Part shown: positions 10,617 through 19,784 of the stretch, piece by piece | Position numbering within the stretch: the stretch's first letter is position 1 | Layout: each line of letters begins with the position of its first letter | DNA from: a virus | IMG/VR virus record: IMGVR_UViG_3300035691_000003 | Coordinates: 1 to 64,000 of that record | DNA: 64,000 nt | Direction: 5' to 3' (one strand) | Translations under genes and position numbers: made by a program | The notes under the pieces: generated by a model | Told to the model about the DNA's origin: nothing | What the model saw: only the letters and a program-made list of their open reading frames with translations | The model's database searches: none

Positions 10617-10799
10617 ATGCCTGCGACCAGCAAGAAGCAGTTCCGGTTTATGCACGCAGTAGCGAGTGGTTCGATTAAGAAGCCGGGACTATCGGCGTCG
10701 GAAGCGGCGGAGTTTGTCAGCGGGCAGTCACCCAAGAAGCTACCGGAGAAAGCCCGACGCCACAAAGTCAAATACCCATCACCAAAGAAACCCAAGTAG
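10617..10799 (+). CDS. Small basic phage protein (MPATSKKQFRFM type, DUF3008-like)
   Basis: GGAGG RBS; N-terminal MPAxSxxQ motif common in phage head modules. Confidence 0.7.
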   Translation: MPATSKKQFRFMHAVASGSIKKPGLSASEAAEFVSGQSPKKLPEKARRHKVKYPSPKKPK

Positions 10800-10814
10800 G
10801 AGGACTTAGCACCA

Positions 10815-11060
10815 ATGTCGCAATTAAGCTTTGATGTGGACTTCAACTCCGATGCCGCCATCGCACCTATCGCCGCCGCTGCCTGGGACAAGGTACGCGG
10901 CAAGGACGACGCAACCTTTAAGTCGGCAGTAGGAGATTTCCAGCTTACCCTGCTCAACCACTGCCGGAGCGCGTTGAGGACCGGCGCACTGAAGGGCGGC
11001 ACCGCTTTGGCTCGTTTTGAACAGGAAGTGGTCCAGCTTCAGGACCGCGCCAGGAAGTAA
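10815..11060 (+). CDS. Hypothetical protein
   Basis: AGGAGG RBS, 81 aa ORF in operon. Confidence 0.75.
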   Translation: MSQLSFDVDFNSDAAIAPIAAAAWDKVRGKDDATFKSAVGDFQLTLLNHCRSALRTGALKGGTALARFEQEVVQLQDRARK

Positions 11061-11072
11061 AGGAGAATCGCT

Positions 11073-11429
11073 ATGGCCCAACTAGCCGGACTGCACTTTG
11101 ACGCCCAGCAACTCTCGGAACAGCAAATCGGCGGTGCCTGCAAGGGCGCACTGGCCGCTTACGCTGCTCCGCCATTTCTAACCGATGTCTCCATCGCCGC
11201 CGCGAACACAAATGCGGGATTGCAGGCTGCGGTCACTGCCGCTGCCGCCACTCGGCACGCCGACGAGCGCCCGATGGCCCCGCGTATCAATCTCGGCATC
11301 ACGCTGGGTTTATATTCGACGGAGTTAAGCGACTCGCGCATCAATGCGCTAACTACCGGCGCAGGGCTGGTGGGTTTAACCTACGCCGACCCGCTGGTGG
11401 TGGCGGGTAGCGCGTACCCGCCGGAATAA
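11073..11429 (+). CDS. Hypothetical Ala-rich protein, possibly structural
   Basis: AAGGAG RBS, 118 aa. Confidence 0.75.
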   Translation: MAQLAGLHFDAQQLSEQQIGGACKGALAAYAAPPFLTDVSIAAANTNAGLQAAVTAAAATRHADERPMAPRINLGITLGLYSTELSDSRINALTTGAGLVGLTYADPLVVAGSAYPPE

Positions 11430-11545
11430 TATCAATCCGGGTGGTTCGTTTTCGCCGACGACGCAAGCCGCTTGGGGGCAGGTGGGCCACTCGTTGCTTA
11501 GCCTGATGCCACTGTTTGCTCTAGCAAGTGTGAACGATAATTGAC

Positions 11546-11697
11546 ATTGAACGGTTTAGGGGCCGCGATTCGTGCCCCGAGTTACTTTGAGTATGCCGAT
11601 CTAACATAGAGTTTAGGAAACTCGTAAGGCCACTGGACTACGAATCCGATCTGTGGCAGGTAGGTGCCCAAGAACCCTATCACCAGAGCCGTTCAAT
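11546..11697 (+). ncRNA. Candidate multi-branched structured RNA
   Basis: 12-bp closing stem ATTGAACGGTTT/GAGCCGTTCAAT (2 G-U pairs valid only on +) enclosing four hairpins; no ORF in the track. Confidence 0.6.
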
Positions 11698-11707
11698 TTA
11701 ACTGATC

Positions 11708-12085
11708 ATGTGGATCACCCGTCGTGAACTGGCCCGATTGGAGCGTGAGCTTAAAGCCGCGCGCCAGCGAGCTGACGACGCCGAACGACGGCTGGCCTCG
11801 GAACGCGCGTCAAAAGACTGGGTCATCCTGCAACTAACCAGCCGGTTCGTCACCAAACAGGGGCTGTACGGGTTGGACCACGAGCCACCAACCTCACCAC
11901 CACCTGACCCACGTGGTTTTACCCGCCAGCCGACCGCTGAGGATGAGGCCAAGCGCGACTACTACATCAAGTGCTATCGCGAGGCGGGACGAAGCGAGGA
12001 GGACGCGGTAGCGCTCTGGGAGGCGGAGATGCGCAACGAGCCGGTGGTTTATCCTTACGAACAGGAGTCGCAGTCCGAGCAATGA
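11708..12085 (+). CDS. Hypothetical coiled-coil protein upstream of portal
   Basis: 125 aa ORF, stop 3 nt before portal start. Confidence 0.75.
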   Translation: MWITRRELARLERELKAARQRADDAERRLASERASKDWVILQLTSRFVTKQGLYGLDHEPPTSPPPDPRGFTRQPTAEDEAKRDYYIKCYREAGRSEEDAVALWEAEMRNEPVVYPYEQESQSEQ

Positions 12086-12088
12086 TGA

Positions 12089-14710
12089 ATGGCCGCTAAC
12101 CTAGTCCCATCCCCTGCTCAGCAGCCACCGACGCAAAACCGCGCGCCGCTCAAACCCCTCGTCGAACTCAAGCGTGGGGGTAAGAAACCGGCCTCTTACA
12201 TCGCCAAGGCCATCAAGGAGCGCTTCGACCACTTCCATCGCAAAGACCGCGAAGTCTTCCGTGAAATCATCAACGTCGGCTGGCTGGTCAATCTCTTCGT
12301 CAACGGCCAGCAGTTCCCGGTACGCAACCCTGTCACCGGCTCTTGGGGTGCTCTCCCGCTCACCGGCAACGCCAACTCCGACCAGCGCGCACTCAACATC
12401 ATGCGCAATGTCGTCACCAACCTGCTGGGCAAGTGGGAAAACTCCAGCCCCGACATCATCATCCGCCCCGGTCGCAACCTCGATACCTGCGTCTCCGCTG
12501 CCAAGGCCGCCGATACCATTAACAACTTCTACGAGCGCCAGTTTTACAACCACTGGTTCACACAACAAGAAGGGTTGATGGGGATGACTTTCGGCACCTA
12601 CGTCGACCGCTACAGGTATGACGAGTCGAAAGTTTCAATGTCAGTGGTTCAGGACATCTTTGAGACCCGAGACACGCAATTCGGCGGTGGGTTCGGCTAC
12701 TGTGCTGATTGTGAGCATATAGGCAACGACGCCGAGTTCGCGGGCGCTCCATCCGGCGACGGCCCTCTCAGCCGTCCCAAATGTCCCCAGTGTCAGTCCA
12801 CTGCCGTCGAAGTGCTCAACGCTCCCGCTGGTCAACTCAGCAGCGTCTCCCAACAGCGTCAGAAACAACTCGGCGACCTCGTCTGCGAACTGCTCCCCAT
12901 GCCCGCGTGCCGTTGGGACTTGTCGAAGCGCCCGGAAGACTCCGGCTGGTTCATCTATCGCCAGACGATTCCAAAGGGTGCAATCACCCGCGTGCTGGGC
13001 AATGTCCTCCTTCCCGAAGGCAACACTGACACCGACTACGGACTGGAAACCCTGCGCGCCCTCGGCCACCAGGGCAGCGCCATGACCGGATTCTCGGCCT
13101 ACGGCACCCAGCGCAGCCGTCGTGATGATGAGATACGCGATTCAGCTACCTTCGATGAGATGTGGTTGTCGCCCGATGACTATGCCGACATTACACTGAG
13201 AGGCGACGAGGAAGCAGTCGAAGGACCGCCACTACCCAAGGGCAAGTTGACCGATGTCTTCCCCGATGGACTCTGCGCTGTGGGCCTGAACGGCATGTCG
13301 GTCGTCCTTGCTCTCTATCCCGAGCGACACCAGAAGCACATCGTCTCCGGCACGTGGTTCATGCAAGCTGCCACCGGTGCAGGCCGGGGTCTCGCCGACT
13401 CAGTGGAGGTACAGAAACAGTTCAATACCGGCAACAACCAAGCCGCCTCCTACATGACCTCCACCTACTCTCCGGCGATTGGCTACGACAACCAGCTCAT
13501 CTCCGGCAACAAGATGAAGTACATTGGCACGCCGCGCACCAACATCCCCTTCGACCTCACTAAGCTTCCCGAAGGCCGTTCGATGAAGGATGCTATTTTC
13601 CAGTTCGCCCCCACCGCCATGCCGAACCAGTTCTTCAACTACTTTCAGGACTTTCTCGGCTTTCTCATCAAGAAGACGAGCGGAGCGAGCGACTACGACC
13701 AGGGCGACCCCGGCATCGCGCCCGGCAATCCCACTGCCACCGCAGCGGAAATCGACCAAGGCAACGCCGACGCCTTCAACGAACCAATCTTTCTCATCAA
13801 AGGCGACTGCCGCAAACGCGGCGCGGAACTGACCATCGAGCTCTTCCGCCGGCACTTCCCCATGAAGCGCTACTTCGACCTCGGCGGCAAGTACGGTGAA
13901 CAGCAGGGCATTGAACTCTCCGCCGCCGACCTGCAAGCTGACCTTGCCTACGAGCTAGACAAGGGCAGCGTGATGCCGAAGGGGCCGTACACGCGGCGTA
14001 AGAATCTAATGGCCTTCTATAATGTCGTCGGAGGCATGGAAGGGGTGGTGATGGGCGAGCAGGCCAACCCCCGGCTGCTGAACAACACGGCGCAAGAGTT
14101 CGACGTAGACCTTGAAATCAACGACTACGACGCCGTCGCTGAACTCTGCCGCCGACGGCTGGAGCAGATGAAGCAGGCGCTGAAGGTCGGCGTCACCGAC
14201 CCGCAACTGCTCGTTACTGAAGCTATCCAGCCGCCTATCAGTGCCAAGGAACTCGACCTCGCGGCGAAGGGCAGGTGGTTTGCGGCGTGGCTCTCGACCG
14301 ACGAGGGGCTGAACTCCCCGGCTCCGCTGCGCGCGGCTGCTGAACTGCTCGTCGATGGACAAATCGGTGGTCAGACGCAGCAGGACGCGGAGACGGCGTT
14401 ACAGCAGGGTGTGGTAGCGGCGGCGTCACAGGCTCCGGCAGCCCTCGGTGGCGCGGCGCTGGAACAGTCAGCCCAGCAGCCAGAGTCGCAGGAACCGGAC
14501 GCCACCGCCAAGATGCAGTTTGAGCAGGAGTTGACGCAGCAGCAGCACGAAGCGCAGGAGTCCGCCGCTGATCGGCAACACGAATTGGCAGTGATTGATG
14601 CCGAGGGTAAGCGCGACAAGGACGTTTCAACCCACGATGCGCAGCAGAAGATTAAGATTGAGCGGGCTAAGCCGAGGCCGAAACCAGCGACAGGAGCGAA
14701 GAGGAAATGA
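12089..14710 (+). CDS. Portal protein (873 aa)
   Basis: Position between terL and scaffold; NIMRNVVTNLLGK...PDIII and TATAAEI motifs; Q/A-rich C-terminal barrel as in P22-like portals. Confidence 0.85.
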   Translation: MAANLVPSPAQQPPTQNRAPLKPLVELKRGGKKPASYIAKAIKERFDHFHRKDREVFREIINVGWLVNLFVNGQQFPVRNPVTGSWGALPLTGNANSDQRALNIMRNVVTNLLGKWENSSPDIIIRPGRNLDTCVSAAKAADTINNFYERQFYNHWFTQQEGLMGMTFGTYVDRYRYDESKVSMSVVQDIFETRDTQFGGGFGYCADCEHIGNDAEFAGAPSGDGPLSRPKCPQCQSTAVEVLNAPAGQLSSVSQQRQKQLGDLVCELLPMPACRWDLSKRPEDSGWFIYRQTIPKGAITRVLGNVLLPEGNTDTDYGLETLRALGHQGSAMTGFSAYGTQRSRRDDEIRDSATFDEMWLSPDDYADITLRGDEEAVEGPPLPKGKLTDVFPDGLCAVGLNGMSVVLALYPERHQKHIVSGTWFMQAATGAGRGLADSVEVQKQFNTGNNQAASYMTSTYSPAIGYDNQLISGNKMKYIGTPRTNIPFDLTKLPEGRSMKDAIFQFAPTAMPNQFFNYFQDFLGFLIKKTSGASDYDQGDPGIAPGNPTATAAEIDQGNADAFNEPIFLIKGDCRKRGAELTIELFRRHFPMKRYFDLGGKYGEQQGIELSAADLQADLAYELDKGSVMPKGPYTRRKNLMAFYNVVGGMEGVVMGEQANPRLLNNTAQEFDVDLEINDYDAVAELCRRRLEQMKQALKVGVTDPQLLVTEAIQPPISAKELDLAAKGRWFAAWLSTDEGLNSPAPLRAAAELLVDGQIGGQTQQDAETALQQGVVAAASQAPAALGGAALEQSAQQPESQEPDATAKMQFEQELTQQQHEAQESAADRQHELAVIDAEGKRDKDVSTHDAQQKIKIERAKPRPKPATGAKRK

Positions 14711-14925
14711 CCCCCACGGAAGCGATGAATAAATTGCACCTTCAGGCGTCTGGCTGGCCTGTAGAGCAGATTAAAGTTGTCAAACCATCACAACAATCTG
14801 CTATCATCCCCAGTCGTCGCGACGTTTTGCTTAAGCGCATCAACGACATGGAGACTGAGATTGGTCGCTTGGGTAAGTTGCTTGCAGAAGTAAGAGCAGA
14901 TGTTCTGCACCTGACAGTAAAGTAA
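14707..14925 (+). CDS. Hypothetical protein
   Basis: ATGA overlap with portal stop. Confidence 0.6.
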   Translation: MTPTEAMNKLHLQASGWPVEQIKVVKPSQQSAIIPSRRDVLLKRINDMETEIGRLGKLLAEVRADVLHLTVK

Positions 14926-14930
14926 ACACG

Positions 14931-15074
14931 ATGGCTAGAATTCCGGCAGTGGAACGTGGCTTAGTACCGCAAACTAACCACTGTCCAGCCTGCGGGGAAG
15001 CCTACGTCGTCCAGGGCGGCCATCAATGCCTTTCGTTTTGGCGACGACTGTACAGGTGGTTCACAACCGAATAG
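14931..15074 (+). CDS. Small Zn-finger-like peptide (47 aa)
   Basis: Manual translation MARIPAVERGLVPQTNHCPACGEAYVVQGGHQCLSFWRRLYRWFTTE. Confidence 0.5.
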   Translation: MARIPAVERGLVPQTNHCPACGEAYVVQGGHQCLSFWRRLYRWFTTE

Positions 15075-15098
15075 GCAACCGACGCCCCGCGCGTACTT

Positions 15099-15159
15099 GC
15101 CACTGATTGAGTTGATGCCGTCCTTGACTGGAACCATCAACTGAGTCAGTGGCTTTTCT
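15099..15159 (+). terminator. Long hairpin with U-tract upstream of scaffold gene (terminator or processing stem)
   Basis: GCCACTGATT-G-AGTTGATG pairs with CATCAACT-G-AGTCAGTGGC, followed by TTTTCT. Confidence 0.6.
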
Positions 15160-15182
15160 ACTTTAGGCCACCGGCGACCACT

Positions 15183-16646
15183 ATGGAAACCGAACTCCAA
15201 GACGTAGCTTCTACTCCTGAAGCAGCCTCAACCGAGGTAGTGGATTCGTCTACCACTGTGATGGAGACATCTGGTGAATCGCAAGGCAGCGTTACAGCCA
15301 CAGATGCAGCGCAACAAAGCACGCAGGCCGCACAAACCACGACGGAGACCGACCCCTTGGAAGGTGTTCCGTCGGAGGACGAGCTAAGCAAACTCGTCGA
15401 GCAGAAGGTGCCCTACTCGGAAGCGCTGGCGCGATTGCGTCCGGCTTACGAAGGGCTAAAAACTAAGCTCGCCGAGTACGAACCACTGGAGCCGTGGAAA
15501 GCGGTGGCGCAAGCCGTCCCTGACCCGGCCCTGGCCCAGTCGTCCTACGAACTCGTCAACGCTCTCTACACGCCATCTACAGAAAATCCCAGCGGGTTTG
15601 ACCCGCGACCGTTTCTGGAGCAGGTAGAGAAGGACAGTCCTGGCACTGTCGATCAACTGTTCGCCACCATCTGCTCGTTCCCGGTCAACGTGGACGGACA
15701 GGTGACGACGGTTGTCAGGGAGCTTTACAAGGCCCACGGGCTGAACCCTGACCGCATTGACGACTATCGCAACATCGACAACCTGCGCGCTTCGGGGATC
15801 GTCACCGAAGCCGATCTCGCCAAAATTCCCGAGAAGTACCACGAGGCGTTCAAGGCACTGCCCGAGGACGCCCGCACCGACATTCTCGCCCTGAAGGAAT
15901 CCAACCCGGCGCTGGCCGACCAGTACCTACGAAACGCCGAACGCTCAATGGCCTCGGAGAAATTCGAGTCCCAGCAGCGTGAACGTGAGCAGCAGGAACA
16001 ACAGCGGCAGGAGCAACAGTTGGCCCAGCAGGTTGAGAACGCAGTCACCCAGGGAGTCTACGGCAAGATCGAAACCTGGTCCGGTTCCATTCACCAAAGT
16101 CTCTCGTCGCAGTGGAAGCCTTCCACGGACGAAGCGATCAACGATCTGGAATACAGCAAGGTACTGGGGACGCTGGCGGCGCTGCAAAGCCCCGCTCCGG
16201 CCTACCGGGCCATTGCTGAGAAGGCGCTGTCTAAAGTCGGTGCATCAATCGACGGCTTCGACGACCTCGTTAATCAGTGGCAGGCAGCGTACTCCGCCGC
16301 CGTGACCTACGAGCAACTAGGTCAAAAAGACAGTATGCCAGCCCGGCGCGCGGCGGCTCAGGCGACTCAGGCCGAACAACGGCTCCTGATTAAACTGAAC
16401 GACTACGCGCTGAAACTGGCCCAGCCAACCTCTTCCAGAATCGCGGACGCTTCCACCCAACAGGCTTCTCAACTGGCGGCGGCATCGTCGCGGTTTGTCC
16501 CGGCAGGTAACGGCACCACGCAGCAGGGGTTCGAGAATCCCTACTCGCAAAACCCACACCCGGTCGGCTCCCCGGACTACTACGCATTCAATCGTAAGAT
16601 TGACCGCGAGTACAACCTGACAAACGCTTCGGTGTACGGCACCTAA
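15183..16646 (+). CDS. Capsid scaffolding protein
   Basis: Acidic low-complexity N-terminus, Q-rich coiled coil, immediately upstream of capsid gene. Confidence 0.75.
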   Translation: METELQDVASTPEAASTEVVDSSTTVMETSGESQGSVTATDAAQQSTQAAQTTTETDPLEGVPSEDELSKLVEQKVPYSEALARLRPAYEGLKTKLAEYEPLEPWKAVAQAVPDPALAQSSYELVNALYTPSTENPSGFDPRPFLEQVEKDSPGTVDQLFATICSFPVNVDGQVTTVVRELYKAHGLNPDRIDDYRNIDNLRASGIVTEADLAKIPEKYHEAFKALPEDARTDILALKESNPALADQYLRNAERSMASEKFESQQREREQQEQQRQEQQLAQQVENAVTQGVYGKIETWSGSIHQSLSSQWKPSTDEAINDLEYSKVLGTLAALQSPAPAYRAIAEKALSKVGASIDGFDDLVNQWQAAYSAAVTYEQLGQKDSMPARRAAAQATQAEQRLLIKLNDYALKLAQPTSSRIADASTQQASQLAAASSRFVPAGNGTTQQGFENPYSQNPHPVGSPDYYAFNRKIDREYNLTNASVYGT

Positions 16647-16659
16647 AAGGAGAAAGCGA

Positions 16660-17937
16660 ATGCCAGCCGTACAATTCAGTCAAATCACTGACCTGAAACG
16701 ACAGGCGGTGGAGAAGGACGTGCGCCAGTTCTACGAGAACAACGACCCCGGTATGCGCGCGTTTGGTAAGGCGGTGGATAAGCCCAAGCTCACCGAGAAG
16801 GGCTATCGCCTGCCGGATTACGCTCGCCGTCCCACGGGTATGACCTGGTTCACGCCCGACAACAGCGACTTCAACCAGGCCAACGGTCCCCAGACAGTCA
16901 GCATGTGGGTCTATCCGACCATGTCTGCGTGGCCGATGATCTGGGCCGGTTCCACCATCGAGTCAATGGAAAACGACACCGAGGACAATGTCCAGTCCTA
17001 CGATCAGGTGATGGTCCAATACACCGACGTGTTCCGCAAGCGCATGAACCAGTACTTCTACAGCACTGGCAACGGCGCAGTGGCTTACTCGGCGTCAAAT
17101 ATCACCGCCCTCGGCTCCCAGACCCTCGCTGGCACCACCACCGCCGCCACCACTCCCGGCCAGACCAAGGGAACAATGTGGCTGTGGGAGGCGGAGACCT
17201 ATCAAGCCATCAACGCCTCCACCGGCGCGGTGCGGGGCACGTTCACTGTCACCACCGCAGGCACAACTTCCTGCACTATCAACGTCCTGAGCGGCACCAT
17301 CTCGTCAGGCGACCCAATCGTCATCCAGGGCAGCTACCAACTTGCCATGCGCGGGCTTTACTGGCTCATCAGCGACCAGAACCGTGTATTGCAGGGGCTG
17401 GATACGAGCGTGTATCCCGACCTCAACGTGCCCACTGTCGATCTCGCCGGTGCGCTGCTAACCCCAGCCGCCATCGAGAATGGCAAAGCGCTGTTGCAAA
17501 CCCGCAACAACCAGGTCGAGGCTAAGAACAACCTGACGGCCTTCATCACTCCGGGCCAGTACTCCACGATCCGCAAGCAGGGCTACAACCTTGGCTACTA
17601 CCTTCGTGAAGACGCCGGTTCGGACACCATGAAGGGCGTGCAGGGTGACTACACCGATGGCGACACCCGTTTCATTCTCGACGCCGACAACGACGAGGAC
17701 CGTGTGCCACTGACCAAAACGTCCGACTACAAGATCTACGAGATGAAGCCGTTTGGTCCGTATAAGCGCGACGGTCTTGACATGCGTATGCTGCTGGGTG
17801 CGAATCAGACTGGTTCGGACAACTGGCAGAAGGCGGTAGGCTGGAAGGGCAACCCGGCGACACTCAGTGGCCGTGGTTCGGCGCTCATCAAACGGGCGCA
17901 GTTGGCCTACGCAACCCAAGTCACGGCAGGGCTATAA
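16660..17937 (+). CDS. Major capsid protein (425 aa)
   Basis: AAGGAG RBS, size and position after scaffold, FYSTGNG and MRGLYWLISD motifs typical of HK97-fold capsid proteins with an insertion domain. Confidence 0.8.
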   Translation: MPAVQFSQITDLKRQAVEKDVRQFYENNDPGMRAFGKAVDKPKLTEKGYRLPDYARRPTGMTWFTPDNSDFNQANGPQTVSMWVYPTMSAWPMIWAGSTIESMENDTEDNVQSYDQVMVQYTDVFRKRMNQYFYSTGNGAVAYSASNITALGSQTLAGTTTAATTPGQTKGTMWLWEAETYQAINASTGAVRGTFTVTTAGTTSCTINVLSGTISSGDPIVIQGSYQLAMRGLYWLISDQNRVLQGLDTSVYPDLNVPTVDLAGALLTPAAIENGKALLQTRNNQVEAKNNLTAFITPGQYSTIRKQGYNLGYYLREDAGSDTMKGVQGDYTDGDTRFILDADNDEDRVPLTKTSDYKIYEMKPFGPYKRDGLDMRMLLGANQTGSDNWQKAVGWKGNPATLSGRGSALIKRAQLAYATQVTAGL

Positions 17938-17949
17938 AGGAGGGCATAA

Positions 17950-18288
17950 ATGAATAACCAGACATCACCTTCCTTTATCTCCGACAACATCAGTTCCACC
18001 AACGCGGTGAAGGTTAATCCCACTGCCGCGTATACGGTGGGGCCAAACGACAACTACATTGTCTGCGGGGGTAACTCGCTGGCAATCACGCTGGATTCAA
18101 CCAGCAATTCACCTGTCTACATCACGTCCATCGACGGCACCACGCAACGTACGGGCTGCACTGTCAAGATAGTTATTCCGGCAGGCACCCAGGACTTTGT
18201 GATTGCCGACGGAGGATGTGCAGCCAAGTGCATCCGTCTCGGCAGCGGGCCGGAATGGATTGTAATTGGAGCCAAGACCGCTTCGTAG
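17950..18288 (+). CDS. Small structural/decoration protein, paralog 1
   Basis: YTVGPNDNYIVCG...SNSPVY...GAKTA shared with the next gene. Confidence 0.65.
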   Translation: MNNQTSPSFISDNISSTNAVKVNPTAAYTVGPNDNYIVCGGNSLAITLDSTSNSPVYITSIDGTTQRTGCTVKIVIPAGTQDFVIADGGCAAKCIRLGSGPEWIVIGAKTAS

Positions 18289-18301
18289 TTGAAGCATTGA
18301 T

Positions 18302-18336
18302 GGGAAGCGGGTGGGCTTACAACCTGCTCGCTTCTC
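18302..18336 (+). promoter_or_regulatory. Intergenic RNA hairpin between the paralogs
   Basis: GGGAAGCGGGTGGG/CCTGCTCGCTTCTC, 14 bp with G-U pairs on +. Confidence 0.5.
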
Positions 18337-18348
18337 GGAGAACGGTAA

Positions 18349-18684
18349 ATGCCAAATAACATCACCCAGCCCGTTCGTCTCAGCGATGGAGCGGCAAACA
18401 AGGCGGCGGGGCAGGTAATCACAGGTGCGACCTACACGGTTGGCCCGAACGACAACTTTATCATCTGCGGTGAAGATAACACGGTGGTCACGCTGGACGC
18501 CGACAGTAACTCTCCGGTTTATGTCAGCACCATCGAGGGAACGACTGCCCACACAGGCTGCACGGTCACGGACGGTGTCGTGGCCTTTACGGTTGCTGAT
18601 TCAGGCTGTGCCGTTGAGTGCGTTCGCTTTGGCCCGACACAGGAATGGGTCGTCGTAGGCGCAAAAACAGCCGCCGCCGTATAG
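18349..18684 (+). CDS. Small structural/decoration protein, paralog 2
   Basis: YTVGPNDNFIICG...SNSPVY...GAKTA. Confidence 0.65.
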   Translation: MPNNITQPVRLSDGAANKAAGQVITGATYTVGPNDNFIICGEDNTVVTLDADSNSPVYVSTIEGTTAHTGCTVTDGVVAFTVADSGCAVECVRFGPTQEWVVVGAKTAAAV

Positions 18685-18697
18685 GTATCGAAGCAAA

Positions 18698-19636
18698 GTG
18701 ACCGATTCACCGTATAACGACCAGAAACGATGGGCTGAGGCTGGCATCTTCAAGGCTCCGCTGTTTGACGCTCCGTCTTTCCAGCGGCAGATCGACAGGA
18801 TTGTCGGCCTCAGCCCGTCAGGTCAACCTATCGTCCGTCTGCTCTGGGCTTGGGACGCGCGTCGCTGGGAGAACGTCGCCTGGGACCAGTGGGGTAATGC
18901 CACGGCAGGCGAGTGGCGGCAGAAATACCGCGCCCTGACCATCGACATCGGCAACGACGACTACGTGGACATTGCACCGCCGAGGTGGGTGCTGGAGGAG
19001 CGGTACGAACCGCAGGCCGTGGCCGAGTCATGGGAACTGACCCGCTACCGGTTGAAGATAGTCGAGCCAGTCCCTATCGCCTGCCGCTACTGCAAGTCAC
19101 CGGGGCGCTTCTATAGTATCGACGAGCTAATCTCAATCTTCGCCCGCTGGGACATCAGTCAGGTTCATGACGGCAAGGTATTCGTCCACTGGGTTGATAC
19201 CGACCGCTCCGAAGGCCATCTGCTCGCCTGTCGCTTCTGCAACAATGACACCGAACTTCGCACCGTGCGGCAGGATGTTTGGGGCGAGGTGCCGCGTGAT
19301 GGGTGGTACAACCTGTTACCACACATCGGCATCATCGCCGAGCACTCCCACGGGTGCTGCAAGCGCGCGGCGGAGGAGTTTGGCGAGGTCTGCTACGGCA
19401 CGTACAAGGAGCCTGATGGACGGGAGCTGAAGCGGCTGAAGAAGGCCATTAGCAAGCGCAACCAGGAAGCAGCCACCAACCCGCACATCCGCCCCGAGCT
19501 GGACGCCGTCGCATTGGAACAAGCCAAGCGCTGGGGCTTGCAGATGATGGCCGACCGGGAAGTGAAGAAGCGGGGAGAACTGGCGGAGATTCGCCGGGCG
19601 CATCGGCCCAATAACAATGTTGTTTATTCAATTTGA
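18698..19636 (+). CDS. Hypothetical protein with two CxxC motifs
   Basis: 312 aa; CRYC and CRFC. Confidence 0.75.
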   Translation: MTDSPYNDQKRWAEAGIFKAPLFDAPSFQRQIDRIVGLSPSGQPIVRLLWAWDARRWENVAWDQWGNATAGEWRQKYRALTIDIGNDDYVDIAPPRWVLEERYEPQAVAESWELTRYRLKIVEPVPIACRYCKSPGRFYSIDELISIFARWDISQVHDGKVFVHWVDTDRSEGHLLACRFCNNDTELRTVRQDVWGEVPRDGWYNLLPHIGIIAEHSHGCCKRAAEEFGEVCYGTYKEPDGRELKRLKKAISKRNQEAATNPHIRPELDAVALEQAKRWGLQMMADREVKKRGELAEIRRAHRPNNNVVYSI

Positions 19637-19646
19637 AGGAGGCGCG

Positions 19647-19784
19647 ATGACCACGAGTGAGCTTGAGCGAATAGAGTCTTGGGGCTGGGCGGTTATCCGC
19701 TTCCCTGATGGGCACTTTGAAGCCAAGATGGGTAATGCTTGGATAAGTGGCCTGATAGAAACTGAAAACGAGGAATCAAAATGA
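19647..19784 (+). CDS. Hypothetical peptide (45 aa)
   Basis: AAGGAGG RBS; ATGA overlap with next gene. Confidence 0.55.
   Translation: MTTSELERIESWGWAVIRFPDGHFEAKMGNAWISGLIETENEESK

Noticed and set aside
11500-11625. Hammerhead ribozyme (CTGATG...GAAA)
   Set aside because: The core reads CTGATGC rather than CTGANGA, and the required stems are missing
11630-11650. tRNA-Arg(ACG) suggested by the CTACGAA loop
   Set aside because: No D arm, T arm or acceptor stem at tRNA spacing
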